Shown: positions 41,701-56,400 of the stretch, in pieces
How the letters are laid out: every line of letters starts with the position of its first letter
Numbering within the stretch: position 1 is the first letter of the stretch
From: Azolla caroliniana
Lineage: Eukaryota; Plantae; Polypodiophyta
Length of the DNA: 64,000 bases
Direction of reading: 5' to 3'
Assembly: GCA_043228905.1 (NCBI GenBank)
Contig: JBHGNT010000040.1
Span: 124,001-188,000 of the forward strand
Position numbers and translations under genes: made by a program
Notes under the pieces: model-generated
Told to the model about the DNA's origin: nothing
The model's input: only the letters and a program-made list of their open reading frames with translations
Database searches by the model: none

Positions 41701-44700
41701 CTAATTTACTAATTTCTTCATGTCTCTCGACCTGAGTTTCAAAATCTTGATTTTTTAATTCCATATCATAGCTAGTGTTATTAGCTTCGATTCGCATGAT
41801 TTGAACACTAAAATCCGATATCACACGAGCCAGTTATGAACATTTTAATTTACTCACGCGCTATTCTCAACTCCCTCCTCAAATTTGGTAATTTCTTCAT
41901 GTCTCTCGACCTGAGTTTCAAAATCTTGATTTTTTAATTCCATATCATATCTAGTGTTGTTAGCTTCGATTCGCATGTTTGAACACAACAATCCCATATC
42001 ACACGAGCCAAGTACGAACATTTTAATTTACTCACGCGCTCTTCTCAACTCCCTCCCCTGATTTACTAATTTCATCATGTCTCTCGACCTGAGTTTCAAA
42101 ATCTTGATTTTCTAATTCCATATCATAGCTAGTGTTATTAGCTTCGATTCGCATGTTTGAACACTAAAATCAGATATCACTCGAGCCAGGTATGACAATT
42201 TTAATTTACTCACGCGCTCTTCTCAACTCCCTCCTCAAATTTGGTAATTTCTTCATGTCTCTCGACCCGAGTTTCAAAATCTTGATTTTTTAATTCCATA
42301 TCATAGCTAGTGTTATTAGCTGCGATTCGCATGATTTGAACACTAAAATCCGATATCACACGAGCCAGTTATGAACATTTTAATTTACTCACGCGCTCTT
42401 CTCAACTCCCTCCTCAAATTTGGTAATTTCTTCATGTCTCTCGACCTGAGTTTTAAAATCTTGATTTTCTAATTCCAAATCATAGCTAGTGTTGTTAGCT
42501 TCGATTCGCATGTTTGAACACTAAAATCAGATATCACTCGAGCCAGGTAGGAACATTTGAATTTACTCACGCGCTCTTCTCAACTCCCTCCTCTAATTTG
42601 CTAATTTCTTCATGTCTCTCGACCTGAGTGTCAAAATTTTGATATTTTAATTCCATATCATAGCTAGTGTTTTTAGCTTCGATTCGCATGTTTGAACACT
42701 AAAATCCGATATCACACGAGCCAGGTATGACAACTTTAATTTACTCACGCGCTCTTCTCAACTCCTTCCTCTAATTTACTAATTTCATCATGTCTCTCGA
42801 CCTGAGTTTCAAAATCTTGATTTTCTAATTCCATATCATAGCTAGTGTCGTTAGCTTCGATTCGCATCTTTGAACACTAAAATCCGATATCACACGAGCC
42901 AGGTATGACAACTTTAATTTACTCACACGCTCTTCTCAACTCCCTCCTCAAATTTGGTAATTCCTTCATGTCTCTCGACCTGAGTTTCAAAATCTTGATT
43001 TTCTAATTCCAAATCATAGCTAGTGTTGTTAGCTTCGATTCGCATGTTTGAACACTAAATTCGGATATCACACAAGCTAGGTATGACAATTTTAATTTAC
43101 TCACGCGCTCTTCTCAACTCCCTCCTCAAATTTGGTAATTTCTTCATGTCTCTCGACCTGAGTTTCAAAATCTTGATTTTTTAATTCCATATCATAGCTA
43201 GTGTTATTAGCTGCGATTCGCATGATTTGAACACTAAAATCCGATATCACACGAGCCAGTTATGAACATTTTAATTTACTCACGCGCTATTCTCAACTCC
43301 CTCCTCAAATTTGGTAATTTCTTCATGTCTCTCGACCTGAGTTTCAAAATCTTGATTTTCTAATTCCAAATCATAGCTAGTGTTGTTAGCTTCGATTCGC
43401 ATGTTTGAACACTAAATTCAGATATCACTCGAGCCAAGTATGACAATTTTAATTTACTCACGCGCTCTTCTCAACTCCCTCCTCTAATTTACTAATTTCT
43501 TCATGTCTCTCGACCTGAGTTTCAAAATCTTGATTTTTTAATTCCATATCATAGCTAGTGTTATTAGCTGCGATTCGCATGATTTGAACACTAAAATCCG
43601 ATATCACACGAGCCAGTTATGAACATTTTAATTTACTCACGCGCTATTCTCAACTCCCTCCTCAAATTTGGTAATTTCTTCATGTCTCTCGACCTGAGTT
43701 TCAAAATCTTGATTTTCTAATTCCAAATCATAGCTAGTGTCGTTAGCTTCGATTCGCATGTTTGAACACTGAAATCCGATATCACTCGAGCCAGGTATGA
43801 CAATTTTAATTTACTCACGCGCTCTTCTCAACTCCCTCCTCTAATTTACTAATTTCTTCATGTCTCTTGACCTGAGTTTCAAAATCTTGATTTTTTAATT
43901 CCATATCATAGCTAGTGTTATTAGCTTCGATTCGCATGATGGAACACTAAAATCGGATATCACACGAGCCAGTTATGAACATTTTAATTTACTCACGCGC
44001 TCTTCTCAACTCCCTCCTCTAATTTACTAATTTCTTCATGTCTCTCGACCTGAGTTTCAAAATCTGGATTTTCTAATTCCATATCATAGCTAGTGTTATT
44101 AGCTTCGATTCGCATGATTTGAACACTAAAATCCGATATCACACGAGCCAGTTATGAACATTTTAATTTACTCACGCGCTATTCTCAACTCCCTCCTCAA
44201 ATTTGGTAATTTCTTCATGTCTCTCGACCTGAGTTTCAAAATCTTGATTTTCTAATTCCATCTCATAGCTAGTGTTGTTAGCTTCTATTCGCATGTTTGA
44301 ACACAAAAATCGGATATCACACGAGCCAGGTATGACAATTTTAATTTACTCACGCAATCTTCTCCAATCCCTCCGCAAATTTGGTAATTTCTTCATGTCT
44401 CTCGACCTGAAGTTTCAAAATCTTGATTTTTTAATTCCATATCATAGCTAGTGTTCTTAGCTGCGATTCGCATGATTTGAACACTAAAATCCGATATCAC
44501 ACGAGCCAGGTAGGAACATTTGAATTTACTCACGCGCTCTTCTCAACTCCCTCCTCTAATTTGCTAATTTCTTCATGTCTCTCGACCTGAGTGTCAAAAT
44601 CTTGATATTTTAATTCCATATCATAGCTAGTGTTTTTAGCTTCGATTCGCATGTTTGAACACTAAAATCCGATATCACACGAGCCAGGTATGACAACTTT

Positions 44701-46360
44701 AATTTACTCACGCGCTCTTCTCAACTCCCTCCTCTAATTTACTAATTTCTTCATGTCTCTCGACCTGAGTTTCAAAATCTTGATTTTCTAACTCCATGTC
44801 ATAGCTAGTGTTGTTAGCTTCGATTCGCATCTTTGAACACTAAAATCCGATATCACACGAGCCAGGTATGACAACTTTAATTTACTCACACGCTCTTCTC
44901 AACTCCCTCCTCAAATTTGGTAATTCCTTTATGTCTCTCGACCTGAGTTTCAAAATCTTGATTTTCTAATTCCAAATCATAGCTAGTGTTGTTAGCTTCG
45001 ATTCGCATGTTTGAACACTAAATTCGGATATCACACAAGCTAGGTATGACAATTTTAATTTACTCACGCGCTCTTCTCAACTCCCTCCTCAAATTTGGTT
45101 ATTTCTTCATGTCTCTCGACCTGAGTTTCAAAATCTTGATTTTTTAATTCCATATCATAGCTAGTGTTATTAGCTGCGATTCGCATGATTTGAACACTAA
45201 AATCCGATATCACACGAGCCAGTTATGAACATTTTAATTTACTCACGCGCTATTCTCAACTCCCTCCTCACATTTGGTAATTTCTTCATGTCTCTCGACC
45301 TGAGTTTCAAAATCTTGATTTTCTAATTCCAAATCATAGCTAGTGTTGTTAGCTTCGATTCGCATGTTTGAACACTAAAATCAGATATCACTCGAGCCAA
45401 GTATGACAATTTTAATTTACTGACGCGCTCTTCTCAACTCCCTCCTCTAATTTACTAATTTCTTCATGTCTCTCGACCTGAGTTTCAAAATCTTGATTTT
45501 TTAATTCCATATCATAGCTAGTGTTATTAGCTTCGATTCGCATGATTTGAACACTAAAATCCGATATCACACGAGCCAGTTATGAACATTTTAATTTACT
45601 CACGCGCTATTCTCAACTCCCTCCTCAAATTTGGTAATTTCTTCATGTCTCTCGACCTGAGTTTCAAAATCTTGATTTTTTAATTCCATATCATATCTAG
45701 TGTTGTTAGCTTCGATTCGCATGTTTGAACACAACAATCCCATATCACACGAGCCAAGTACGAACATTTTAATTTACTCACGCGCTCTTCTCAACTCCCT
45801 CCCCTGATTTACTAATTTCATCATGTCTCTCGACCTGAGTTTCAAAATCTTGATTTTCTAATTCCATATCATAGCTAGTGTTATTAGCTTCGATTCGCAT
45901 GTTTGAACACTAAAATCAGATATCACTCGAGCCAGGTATGACAATTTTAATTTACTCACGCGCTCTTCTCAACTCCCTCCTCAAATTTGGTAATTTCTTC
46001 ATGTCTCTCGACCCGAGTTTCAAAATCTTGATTTTTTAATTCCATATCATAGCTAGTGTTATTAGCTGCGATTCGCATGATTTGAACACTAAAATCCGAT
46101 ATCACACGAGCCAGTTATGAACATTTTAATTTACTCACGCGCTCTTCTCAACTCCCTCCTCAAATTTGGTAATTTCTTCATGTCTCTCGACCTGAGTTTT
46201 AAAATCTTGATTTTCTAATTCCAAATCATAGCTAGTGTTGTTAGCTTCGATTCGCATGTTTGAACACTAAAATCAGATATCACTCGAGCCAGGTAGGAAC
46301 ATTTGAATTTACTCACGCGCTCTTCTCAACTCCCTCCTCTAATTTGCTAATTTCTTCATG
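38795..46360 (+). repeat. Tandem 21-monomer (3746-bp) duplication: ~38795-42540 and ~42541-46360
   Basis: Private variants AGTGTCAAAATTTTG at 38881/42627 and GGTTATTTC at 41351/45097, offset 3746. CTCACATTTGG and GACCCGAG are also shared between the copies. Confidence 0.92.
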
Positions 46361-47244
46361 TCTGTTGACCTGAGTGTCAAAATCTTGATATTTTAATTCC
46401 ATATCATAGCTAGTGTTGTTAGTTTCGATTCGCATCTTTGAACACTGAAATCCGATATCACTCGAGCCAGGTATGACAATTTTAATTTACTCACGCGCTA
46501 TTCTCAACTCCCTCCTCAAATTTGGTAATTTCATCATGTCTCTCGACCTGAGTTTCAAAATCTTGATTTTTTAATTCCATGTCATAGCTAGTGTTATTAG
46601 CTGCGATTCGCATGATTTGAACACTAAAATCCGATATCACACGAGCCAGTTATGAACATTTTAATTTACTCACACGCTCTTCTCAACTCCCTCCTCAAAT
46701 TTGGTAATTCCTTCATGTCTCTCGACCTGAGTTTCAAAATCTTGATTTTCTAATTCCAAATCATAGCTAGTGTTGTTAGCTTCGATTCGCATGTTTGAAC
46801 ACTAAATTCCGATATCACACAAGCTAGGTATGACAATTTTAATTTACTCACGCGCTCTTCTCAACTCCCTCCCCTGATTTACTAATTTCATCATGTCTCT
46901 CGACCTGAGTTTCAAAATCTTGATTTTCTAATTCCATATCATAGCTAGTGTTGTTAGCTTCGATTCGCATGATTTGAACACTAAAATCCGATATCACACG
47001 AGCCAGTTATGAACATTTTAATTTACTCACGCGCTCTTCTCAACTCCCTCCTCAAATTTGGTAATTTCTTCATGTCTCTCGACCTGAGTTTTAAAATCTT
47101 GATTTTCTAATTCCAAATCATAGCTAGTGTTGTTAGCTTCGATTCGCATGTTTGAACATTAAATTCCGATATCACACAAGCTAGGTATGACAATTTTAAT
47201 TTACTCACGCGCTATTCTCAACTCCCTCCTCAAATTTGGTAATT

Positions 47245-50200
47245 TCTTCATGTCTCTCGACCTGAGTTTCAAAATCTTGATTTTTTAATTCCATATCATA
47301 GCTAGTGTTATTAGCTGCGATTCGCATGATTTGAACACTAAAATCCGATATCACACGAGCCAGTTATGAACATTTTAATTTACTCACGCGCTCTTCTCAA
47401 CTCCCTCCTCAAATTTGGTAATTTCTTCATGTCTCTTGACCTGAGTTTCAAAATCTTGATTTTCTAATTCCAAATCATAGCTAGTGTTGTTAGCTTCGAT
47501 TCGCATGTTTGAACACTAAATTCCGATATCACACAAGCTAGGTATGACAATTTTAATTTACTCACGCGCTCTTCTCAACTCCCTCCTCTAATTTACTAAT
47601 TTCTTCATGTCTCTCGACCTGAGTTTCAAAATCTTGATTTTTTAATTCCATATCATAGCTAGTGTTATTAGCTTCGATTCGCATGATTTGAACACTAAAA
47701 TCCGATATCACACGAGCCAGTTATGAACATTTTAATTTACTCACGCGCTATTCTCAACTCCCTCCTCAAATTTGGTAATTTCTTCATGTCTCTCGACCTG
47801 AGTTTCAAAATCTTGATTTTTTAATTCCTTATCATAGCTAGTGTTGTTAGCTTCGATTCGCATCTTTGAACACAGAAATCGGACATCACACGAGGCAGGT
47901 ATGACAATTTGAATTTACTCAGGCGATCTTCTCAACTCCCTCCTCTGATTTACTAATTTCATCATGTCTCTCGACCTGAGTTTCACAATCTTGATTTTCT
48001 AATTCCATATCATAGCTAGTGTTGTTAGCTTCGATTCGCATGTTTAAACACTAAAATCAGATATCACTCGAGCCAGGTATGACAATTTTAATTTACTCAC
48101 GCGCTCTTCTCAACTCCCTCCTCTAATTTACTAATTTCTTCATGTCTCTCGACCTGAGTTTCAAAATCTTGATTTTTTAATTCCATATCATAGCTAGTGT
48201 TATTAGCTGCGATTCGCATGATTTGAACACTAAAATCCGATATCACACGAGCCAGTTATGAACATTTTAATTTACTCACGCGCTCTTCTCAACTCCCTCC
48301 TCAAATTTGGTAATTTCTTCATGTCTCTCGACCTGAGTTTTAAAATCTTGATTTTCTAATTCCAAATCATAGCTAGTGTTGTTACCTTCGATTCGCATGT
48401 TTGAACACTAAAATCAGATATCACTCGAGCCAGGTAGGAACATTTGAATTTACTCACGCGTTCTTCTCAACTCCCTCCTCTAATTTGCTAATTTCTTCAT
48501 GTCTCTCGACCTGAGTGTCAAAATCTTGATATTTTAATTCCATATCATAGCTAGTGTTGTTAGTTTCGATTCGCATCTTTGAACACTGAAATCCGATATC
48601 ACTCGAGCCAGGTATGACAATTTTAATTTACTCACGCGCTATTCTCAACTCCCTCCTCTAATTTGCTAATTTCTTCATGTCTCTCGACCTGAGTGTCAAA
48701 ATCTTGATATTTTAATTCCATATCATAGCTAGTGTTGTTAGTTTCGATTCGCATCTTTGAACACTGAAATCCGATATCACTCGAGCCAAGTATGACAATT
48801 TTAATTTACTGACGCGCTCTTCTCAACTCCCTCCTCTAATTTACTAATTTCTTCATGTCTCTCGACCTGAGTTTCAAAATCTTGATTTTTTAATTCCATA
48901 TCATAGCTAGTGTTATTAGCTTCGATTCGCATGATTTGAACACTAAAATCCGATATCACACGAGCCAGTTATGAACATTTTAATTTACTCACGCGCTATT
49001 CTCAACTCCCTCCTCAAATTTGGTAATTTCTTCATGTCTCTCGACCTGAGTTTCAAAATCTTGATTTTTTAATTCCATATCATAGCTAGTGTTGTTAGCT
49101 TCGATTCGCATCTTTGAACACAGAAATCGGACATCACACGAGGCAGGTATGACAATTTCAATTTACTCAGGCGATCTTCTCAACTCCCTCCTCTGATTTA
49201 CTAATTTCATCATGTCTCTCGACCTGAGTTTCACAATCTTGATTTTCTAATTCCATATCATAGCTAGTGTTGTTAGCTTCGATTCGCATGTTTAAACACT
49301 AAAATCAGATATCACTCGAGCCAGGTATGACAATTTTAATTTACTCACGCGCTCTTCTCAACTCCCTCCTCTAATTTACTAATTTCTTCATGTCTCTCGA
49401 CCTGAGTTTCAAAATCTTGATTTTTTAATTCCATATCATAGCTAGTGTTATTAGCTGCGATTCGCATGATTTGAACACTAAAATCCGATATCACACGAAC
49501 CAGTTATGAACATTTTAATTTACTCACGCGCTCTTCTCAACTCCCTCCTCAAATTTGGTAATTTCTTCATGTCTCTCGACCTGAGTTTCAAAATCTTGAT
49601 TTTCTAATTCCAAATCATAGCTAGTGTTGTTAGCTTCGATTCGCATGTTTGAACACTAAATTCCGATATCACACAAGCTAGGTATGACAATTTTAATTTA
49701 CTCACGCGCTCTTCTCAACTCCCTCCTCTAATTTACTAATTTCTTCATGTCTCTCGACCTGAGTTTCAAAATCTTGATTTTTTAATTCCATATCATAGCT
49801 AGTGTTATTAGCTGCGATTCGCATGATTTGAACACTAAAATGAGATATCACTCGAGCCAGGTAGGAACATTTGAATTTACTCACGCGCTCTTCTCAACTC
49901 CCTCCTCTAATTTGCTAATTTCTTCATGTCTCTCGACCTGAGTGTCAAAATCTTGATATTTTAATTCCATATCATAGCTAGTGTTGTTAGTTTCGATTCG
50001 CATCTTTGAACACTGAAATCCGATATCACTCGAGCCAGGTATGACAATTTTAATTTACTCACGCGCTATTCTCAACTCCCTCCTCAAATTTGGTAATTTC
50101 ATCATGTCTCTCGACCTGAGTTTCAAAATCTTGATTTTTTAATTCCAAATCATAGCTAGTGTTGTTAGCTTCGATTCGCATGTTTGAACACTAAAATCAG

Positions 50201-50465
50201 ATATCACTCGAGCCAAGTATGACAATTTTAATTTACTGACGCGCTCTTCTCAACTCCCTCCTCTAATTTACTAATTTCTTCATGTCTCTCGACCTGAGTT
50301 TCAAAATCTTGATTTTTTAATTCCATATCATAGGTAGTGTTATTAGCTGCGATTCGCATGATTTGAACACTAAAATCCGATATCACACGAGCCAGTTATG
50401 AACATTTTAATTTACTCACGCGCTCTTCTCAACTCCCTCCTCAAATTTGGTAATTTCTTCATGTC
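47245..50465 (+). repeat. ~3.2-kb dispersed copy of ~35470-38690 (11775-bp, 66-monomer offset)
   Basis: Private variants TCCTTATCAT at 36051/47826 and TATCATAGGT at 38551/50326; ORF-track entries at 37927/49702; all offsets are 11775. Confidence 0.9.
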
Positions 50466-53400
50466 TTTCGACCTGAGTTTCAAAATCTTGATTTTCTAAT
50501 TCCAAATCATAGCTAGTGTTGTTAGCTTCGATTCGCATGTTTGAACACTAAATTCCGATATCACACAAGCTAGGTATGACAATTTTAATTTACTCACGCG
50601 CTCTTCTCAACTCCCTCCTCTAATTTACTAATTTCTTCATGTCTCTCGACCTGAGTTTCAAAATCTTGATTTTTTAATTCCATATCATAGCTAGTGTTAT
50701 TAGCTGCGATTCGCATGATTTGAACACTAAAATCAGATATCACTCGAGCCAGGTAGGAACATTTGAATTTACTCACGCGCTCTTCTCAACTCCCTCCTCT
50801 AATTTGTTAATTTCTTCATGTCTCTCGACCTGAGTGTCAAAATCTTGATATTTTAATTCCATATCATAGCTAGTGTTGTTAGTTTCGATTCGCATCTTTG
50901 AACACTGAAATCCGATATCACTCGAGCCAGGTATGACAATTTTAATTTACTCACGCGCTCTTCTCAACTCCCTCCTCAAATTTGGTAATTTCATCATGTC
51001 TCTCGACCTGAGTTTCAAAATCTTGATTTTTTAATTCCATATCATAGCTAGTGTTATTAGCTGCGATTCGCATGATTTGCACACTAAAATCCGATATCAC
51101 ACGAGCCAGTTATGAACATTTTAATTTACTCACGCGCTCTTCTCAACTCCCTCCTCAAATTTGGTAATTTCTTCATGTCTCTCGACCTGAGTTTCAAAAT
51201 CTTGATTTTCTAATTCCAAATCATAGCTAGTGTTGTTAGCTTCGATTCGCATGTTTGAACACTAAATTCCGATATCACACAAGCTAGGTATGACAATTTT
51301 AATTTACTCACGCGCTATTCTCAACTCCCTCCTCAAATTTGGTAATTTCTTCATGTCTCTCGACCTGAGTTTCAAAATCTTGATTTTTTAATTCCATATC
51401 ATAGCTAGTGTTATTAGCTGCGATTCGCATGATTTGAACACTAAAATCCGATATCACACGAGCCAGTTATGAACATTTTAATTTACTCACGCGCTCTTCT
51501 CAACTCCCTCCTCAAATTTGGTAATTTCTTCATGTCTCTCGACCTGAGTTTCAAAATCTTGATTTTTTAATTCCAAATCATAGCTAGTGTTGTTAGCTTC
51601 GATTCGCATGTTTGAACACTAAAATCAGATATCACTCGAGCCAAGTATGACAATTTTAATTTACTGACGCGCTCTTCTCAACTCCCTCCTCTAATTTACT
51701 AATTTCTTCATGTCTCTCGACCTGAGTTTCAAAATCTTGATATTTTAATTCCATATCATAGCTAGTGTTGTTAGCTTCGATTCGCATGTTTGAACACAGA
51801 AATCGGACATCACACGAGGCAGGTATGACAATTTTAATTTACTCAGGCGATCTTCTCAACTCCCTCCTCTGATTTACTAATTTCATCATGTCTCTCGACC
51901 TGAGTTTCACAATCTTGATTTTCTAATTCCATATCATAGCTAGTGTTGTTAGCTTCGATTCGCATGTTTAAACACTAAAATCAGATATCACTCGAGCCAG
52001 GTATGACAATTTTAATTTACTCACGCGCTCTTCTCAACTCCCTCCTCTAATTTACTAATTTCTTCATGTCTCTCGACCTGAGTTTCAAAATCTTGATTTT
52101 TTAATTCCATATCATAGCTAGTGTTATTAGCTGCGATTCGCATGATTTGCACACTAAAATCCGATATCACACGAGCCAGTAATGAACATTTTAATTTACT
52201 CACGCGCTCTTCTCAACTCCCTCCTCAAATTTGGTAATTTCTTCATGTCTCTCGACCTGAGTTTCAAAATCTTGATTTTCTAATTCCAAATCATAGCTAG
52301 TGTTGTTAGCTTCGATTCGCATGATTTGAACACTAAAATCCGATATCACACGAGCCAGTTATGAACATTTTAATTTACTCACGCGCTATTCTCAACTCCC
52401 TCCTCAAATTTGGTAATTTCTTCATGTCTCTCGACCTGAGTTTCAAAATCTTGATTTTTTAATTCCATATCATAGCTAGTGTTGTTAGCTTCGATTCGCA
52501 TGTTTGAACACAGAAATCGGACATCACACGAGGCAGGTATGACAATTTTAATTTACTCAGGCGATCTTCTCAACTCCCTCCTCTGATTTACTAATTTCAT
52601 CATGTCTCTCGACCTGAGTTTCACAATCTTGATTTTCTAATTCCATATCATAGCTAGTGTTGTTAGCTTCGATTCGCATGTTTAAACACTAAAATCAGAT
52701 ATCACTCGAGCCAGGTATGACAATTTTAATTTACTCACGCGCTGTTCTCAACTCCCTCCTCTAATTTACTAATTTCTTCATGTCTCTCGACCTGAGTTTC
52801 AAAATCTTGATTTTTTAATTCCATATCATAGCTAGTGTTATTAGCTGCGATTCGCATGATTTGCACACTAAAATCCGATATCACACGAGCTAGGTATGAA
52901 CATTTTAATTTACTCACGCGCTCTTCTCAACTCCCTCCTCAAATTTGGTAATTTCTTCATGTCTCTCGACCTGAGTTTCAAAATCTTGATTTTTTAATTC
53001 CAAATCATAGCTAGTGTTGTTAGCTTCGATTCGCATGTTTGAACACTAAAATCAGATATCACTCGAGCCAAGTATGACAATTTTAATTTACTGACGCGCT
53101 CTTCTCAACTCCCTCCTCTAATTTACTAATTTCTTCATGTCTCTCGACCTGAGTTTCAAAATCTTGATTTTTTAATTCCATATCATAGCTAGTGTTATTG
53201 GCTTCGATTCGCATGATTTGAAAACTAAAATCCGATATCACACGAGCCAGTTATGAACATTTTAATTTACTCACGCGCTATTCTCAACTCCCTCCTCAAA
53301 TTTGGTAATTTCTTCATGTCTCTCGACCTGAGTTTCAAAATCTTGATTTTTTAATTCCATATCATATCTAGTGTTGTTAGCTTCGATTCGCATGTTTGAA

Positions 53401-56400
53401 CACAACAATCCCATATCACACGAGCCAAGTACGAACATTTTAATTTACTCACGCGCTCTTCTCAACTCCCTCCCCTGATTTACTAATTTCATCATGTCTC
53501 TCGACCTGAGTTTCAAAATCTTGATTTTCTAATTCCATATCATAGCTAGTGTTGTTAGCTTCGATTCGCATGTTTGAACACTAAAATCAGATATCACTCG
53601 AGCCAGGTATGACAATTTTAATTTACTCACGCGCTCTTCTCAACTCCCTCCTCAAATTTGGTAATTTCTTCATGTCTCTCGACCCGAGTTTCAAAATCTT
53701 GATTTTTTAATTCCATATCATAGCTAGTGTTATTAGCTGCGATTCGCATGATTTGAACACTAAAATCCGATATCACACGAGCCAGTTATGAACATTTTAA
53801 TTTACTCACGCGCTCTTCTCAACTCCCTCCTCAAATTTGGTAATTTCTTCATGTCTCTCGACCTGAGTTTTAAAATCTTGATTTTCTAATTCCAAATCAT
53901 AGCTAGTGTTGTTAGCTTCGATTCGCATGTTTGAACATTAAATTCCGATATCACACAAGCTAGGTATGACAATTTTAATTTACTCACGCGCTATTCTCAA
54001 CTCCCTCCTCAAATTTGGTAATTTCTTCATGTCTCTCGACCTGAGTTTCAAAATCTTGATTTTTTAATTCCATATCATAGCTAGTGTTATTAGCTGCGAT
54101 TCGCATGATTTGAACACTAAAATCCGATATCACACGAGCTAGGTATGACAATTTTAATTTACTCACGCGCTATTCTCAACTCCCTCCTCAAATTTGGTAA
54201 TTTCTTCATGTCTCTCGACCTGAGTTTCAAAATCTTGATTTTTTAATTCCATATCATAGCTAGTGTTATTAGCTGCGATTCGCATGATTTGAACACTAAA
54301 ATCCGATATCACACGAGCCAGTTATGAACATTTTAATTTACTCACGCGCTCTTCTCAACTCCCTCCTCAAATTTGGTAATTTCTTCATGTCTCTCGACCT
54401 GAGTATCAAAATCTTGATTTTCTAATTCCAAATCATAGCTAGTGTTGTTAGCTTCGATTCGCATGTTTGAACACTAAATTCCGATATCACACAAGCTAGG
54501 TATGACAATTTTAATTTACTCACGCGCTCTTCTCAACTCCCTCCTCTAATTTACTAATTTCTTCATGTCTCTCGACCTGAGTTTCAAAATCTTGATTTTT
54601 TAATTCCATATCATAGCTAGTGTTATTAGCTGCGATTCGCATGATTTGAACACTAAAATGAGATATCACTCGAGCCAGGTAGGAACATTTGAATTTACTG
54701 ACGCGCTCTTCTCAACTCCCTCCTCTAATTTGCTAATTTCTTCATGTCTCTCGACCTGAGTGTCAAAATCTTGATATTTTAATTCCATATCATAGCTAGT
54801 GTTGTTAGTTTCGATTCGCATCTTTGAACACTGAAATCCGATATCACTCGAGCCAGGTATGACAATTTTAATTTACTCACGCGCTATTCTCAACTCCCTC
54901 CTCAAATTTGGTAATTTCATCATGTCTCTCGACCTGAGTTTCAAAATCTTGATTTTTTAATTCCAAATCATAGCTAGTGTTGTTAGCTTCGATTCTCATG
55001 TTTGAACACTAAAATCAGATATCACTCGAGCCAAGTATGACAATTTTAATTTACTGACGCGCTCTTCTCAACTCCCTCCTCTAATTTACTAATTTCTTCA
55101 TGTCTCTCGACCTGAGTTTCAAAATCTTGATTTTTTAATTCCATATCATAGCTAGTGTTATTAGCTGCGATTCGCATGATTTGAACACTAAAATCCGATA
55201 TCACACGAGCCAGTTATGAACATTTTAATTTACTCACGCGCTCTTCTCAACTCCCTCCTCAAATTTGGTAATTTCTTCATGTCTCTCGACCTGAGTTTCA
55301 AAATCTTGATTTTCTAATTCCAAATCATAGCTAGTGTTGTTAGCTTCGATTCGCATGTTTGAACACTAAATTCCGATATCACACAAGCTAGGTATGACAA
55401 TTTTAATTTACTCACGCGCTCTTCTCAACTCCCTCCTCTAATTTACTAATTTCTTCATGTCTCTCGACCTGAGTTTCAAAATCTTGATTTTTTAATTCCA
55501 TATCATAGCTAGTGTTATTAGCTGCGATTCGCATGATTTGAACACTAAAATCAGATATCACTCGAGCCAGGTAGGAACATTTGAATTTACTCACGCGCTC
55601 TTCTCAACTCCCTCCTCTAATTTGCTAATTTCTTCATGTCTCTCGACCTGAGTGTCAAAATCTTGATATTTTAATTCCATATCATAGCTAGTGTTGTTAG
55701 TTTCGATTCGCATCTTTGAACACTGAAATCCGATATCACTCGAGCCAGGTATGACAATTTTAATTTACTGACGCGCTATTCTCAACTCCCTCCTCAAATT
55801 TGGTAATTTCATCATGTCTCTCGACCTGAGTTACAAAATCTTGATTTTTTAATTCCATATCATAGCTAGTGTTATTAGCTGCGATTCGCATGATTTGAAC
55901 ACTAAAATCCGATATCACACGAGCCAGTTATGAACATTTTAATTTACTCACACGCTCTTCTCAACTCCCTCCTCAAATTTGGTAATTTCTTCATGTCTCT
56001 CGACCTGAGTTTCAAAATCTTGATTTTCTAATTCCAAATCATAGCTAGTGTTGTTAGCTTCGATTCGCATGTTTGAACACTAAATTCCGATATCACACAA
56101 GCTAGGTATGACAATTTTAATTTACTCACGCGCTCTTCTCAACTCCGTCCTCAAATTTGGTAATTTCTTCATGTCTCTCGACCTGAGTTTCAAAATCTTG
56201 ATTTTTTAATTCCATATCATAGCTAGTGTTATTAGCTGCGATTCGCATGATTTGAACACTAAAATCCGATATCACACGAGCCAGTTATGAACATTTTAAT
56301 TTACTCACGCGCTATTCTCAACTCCCTCCTCAAATTTGGTAATTTCTTCATGTCTCTCGACCTGAGTTTCAAAATCTTGATTTTCTAATTCCAAATCATA

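Noticed and set aside
19568-55594. Ten near-identical 60-aa minus-strand ORFs (MSKFKCSYLARVIS...)
   Set aside because: Each is one 179-bp monomer read from a GTG (plus-strand CAC in ACTCAC) to the TGA in the same motif of the next monomer. They appear only where SNP combinations happen to remove stops. There is no ATG start, no recognisable domain and no frame-preserving periodicity, since 178 and 179 are not multiples of 3.
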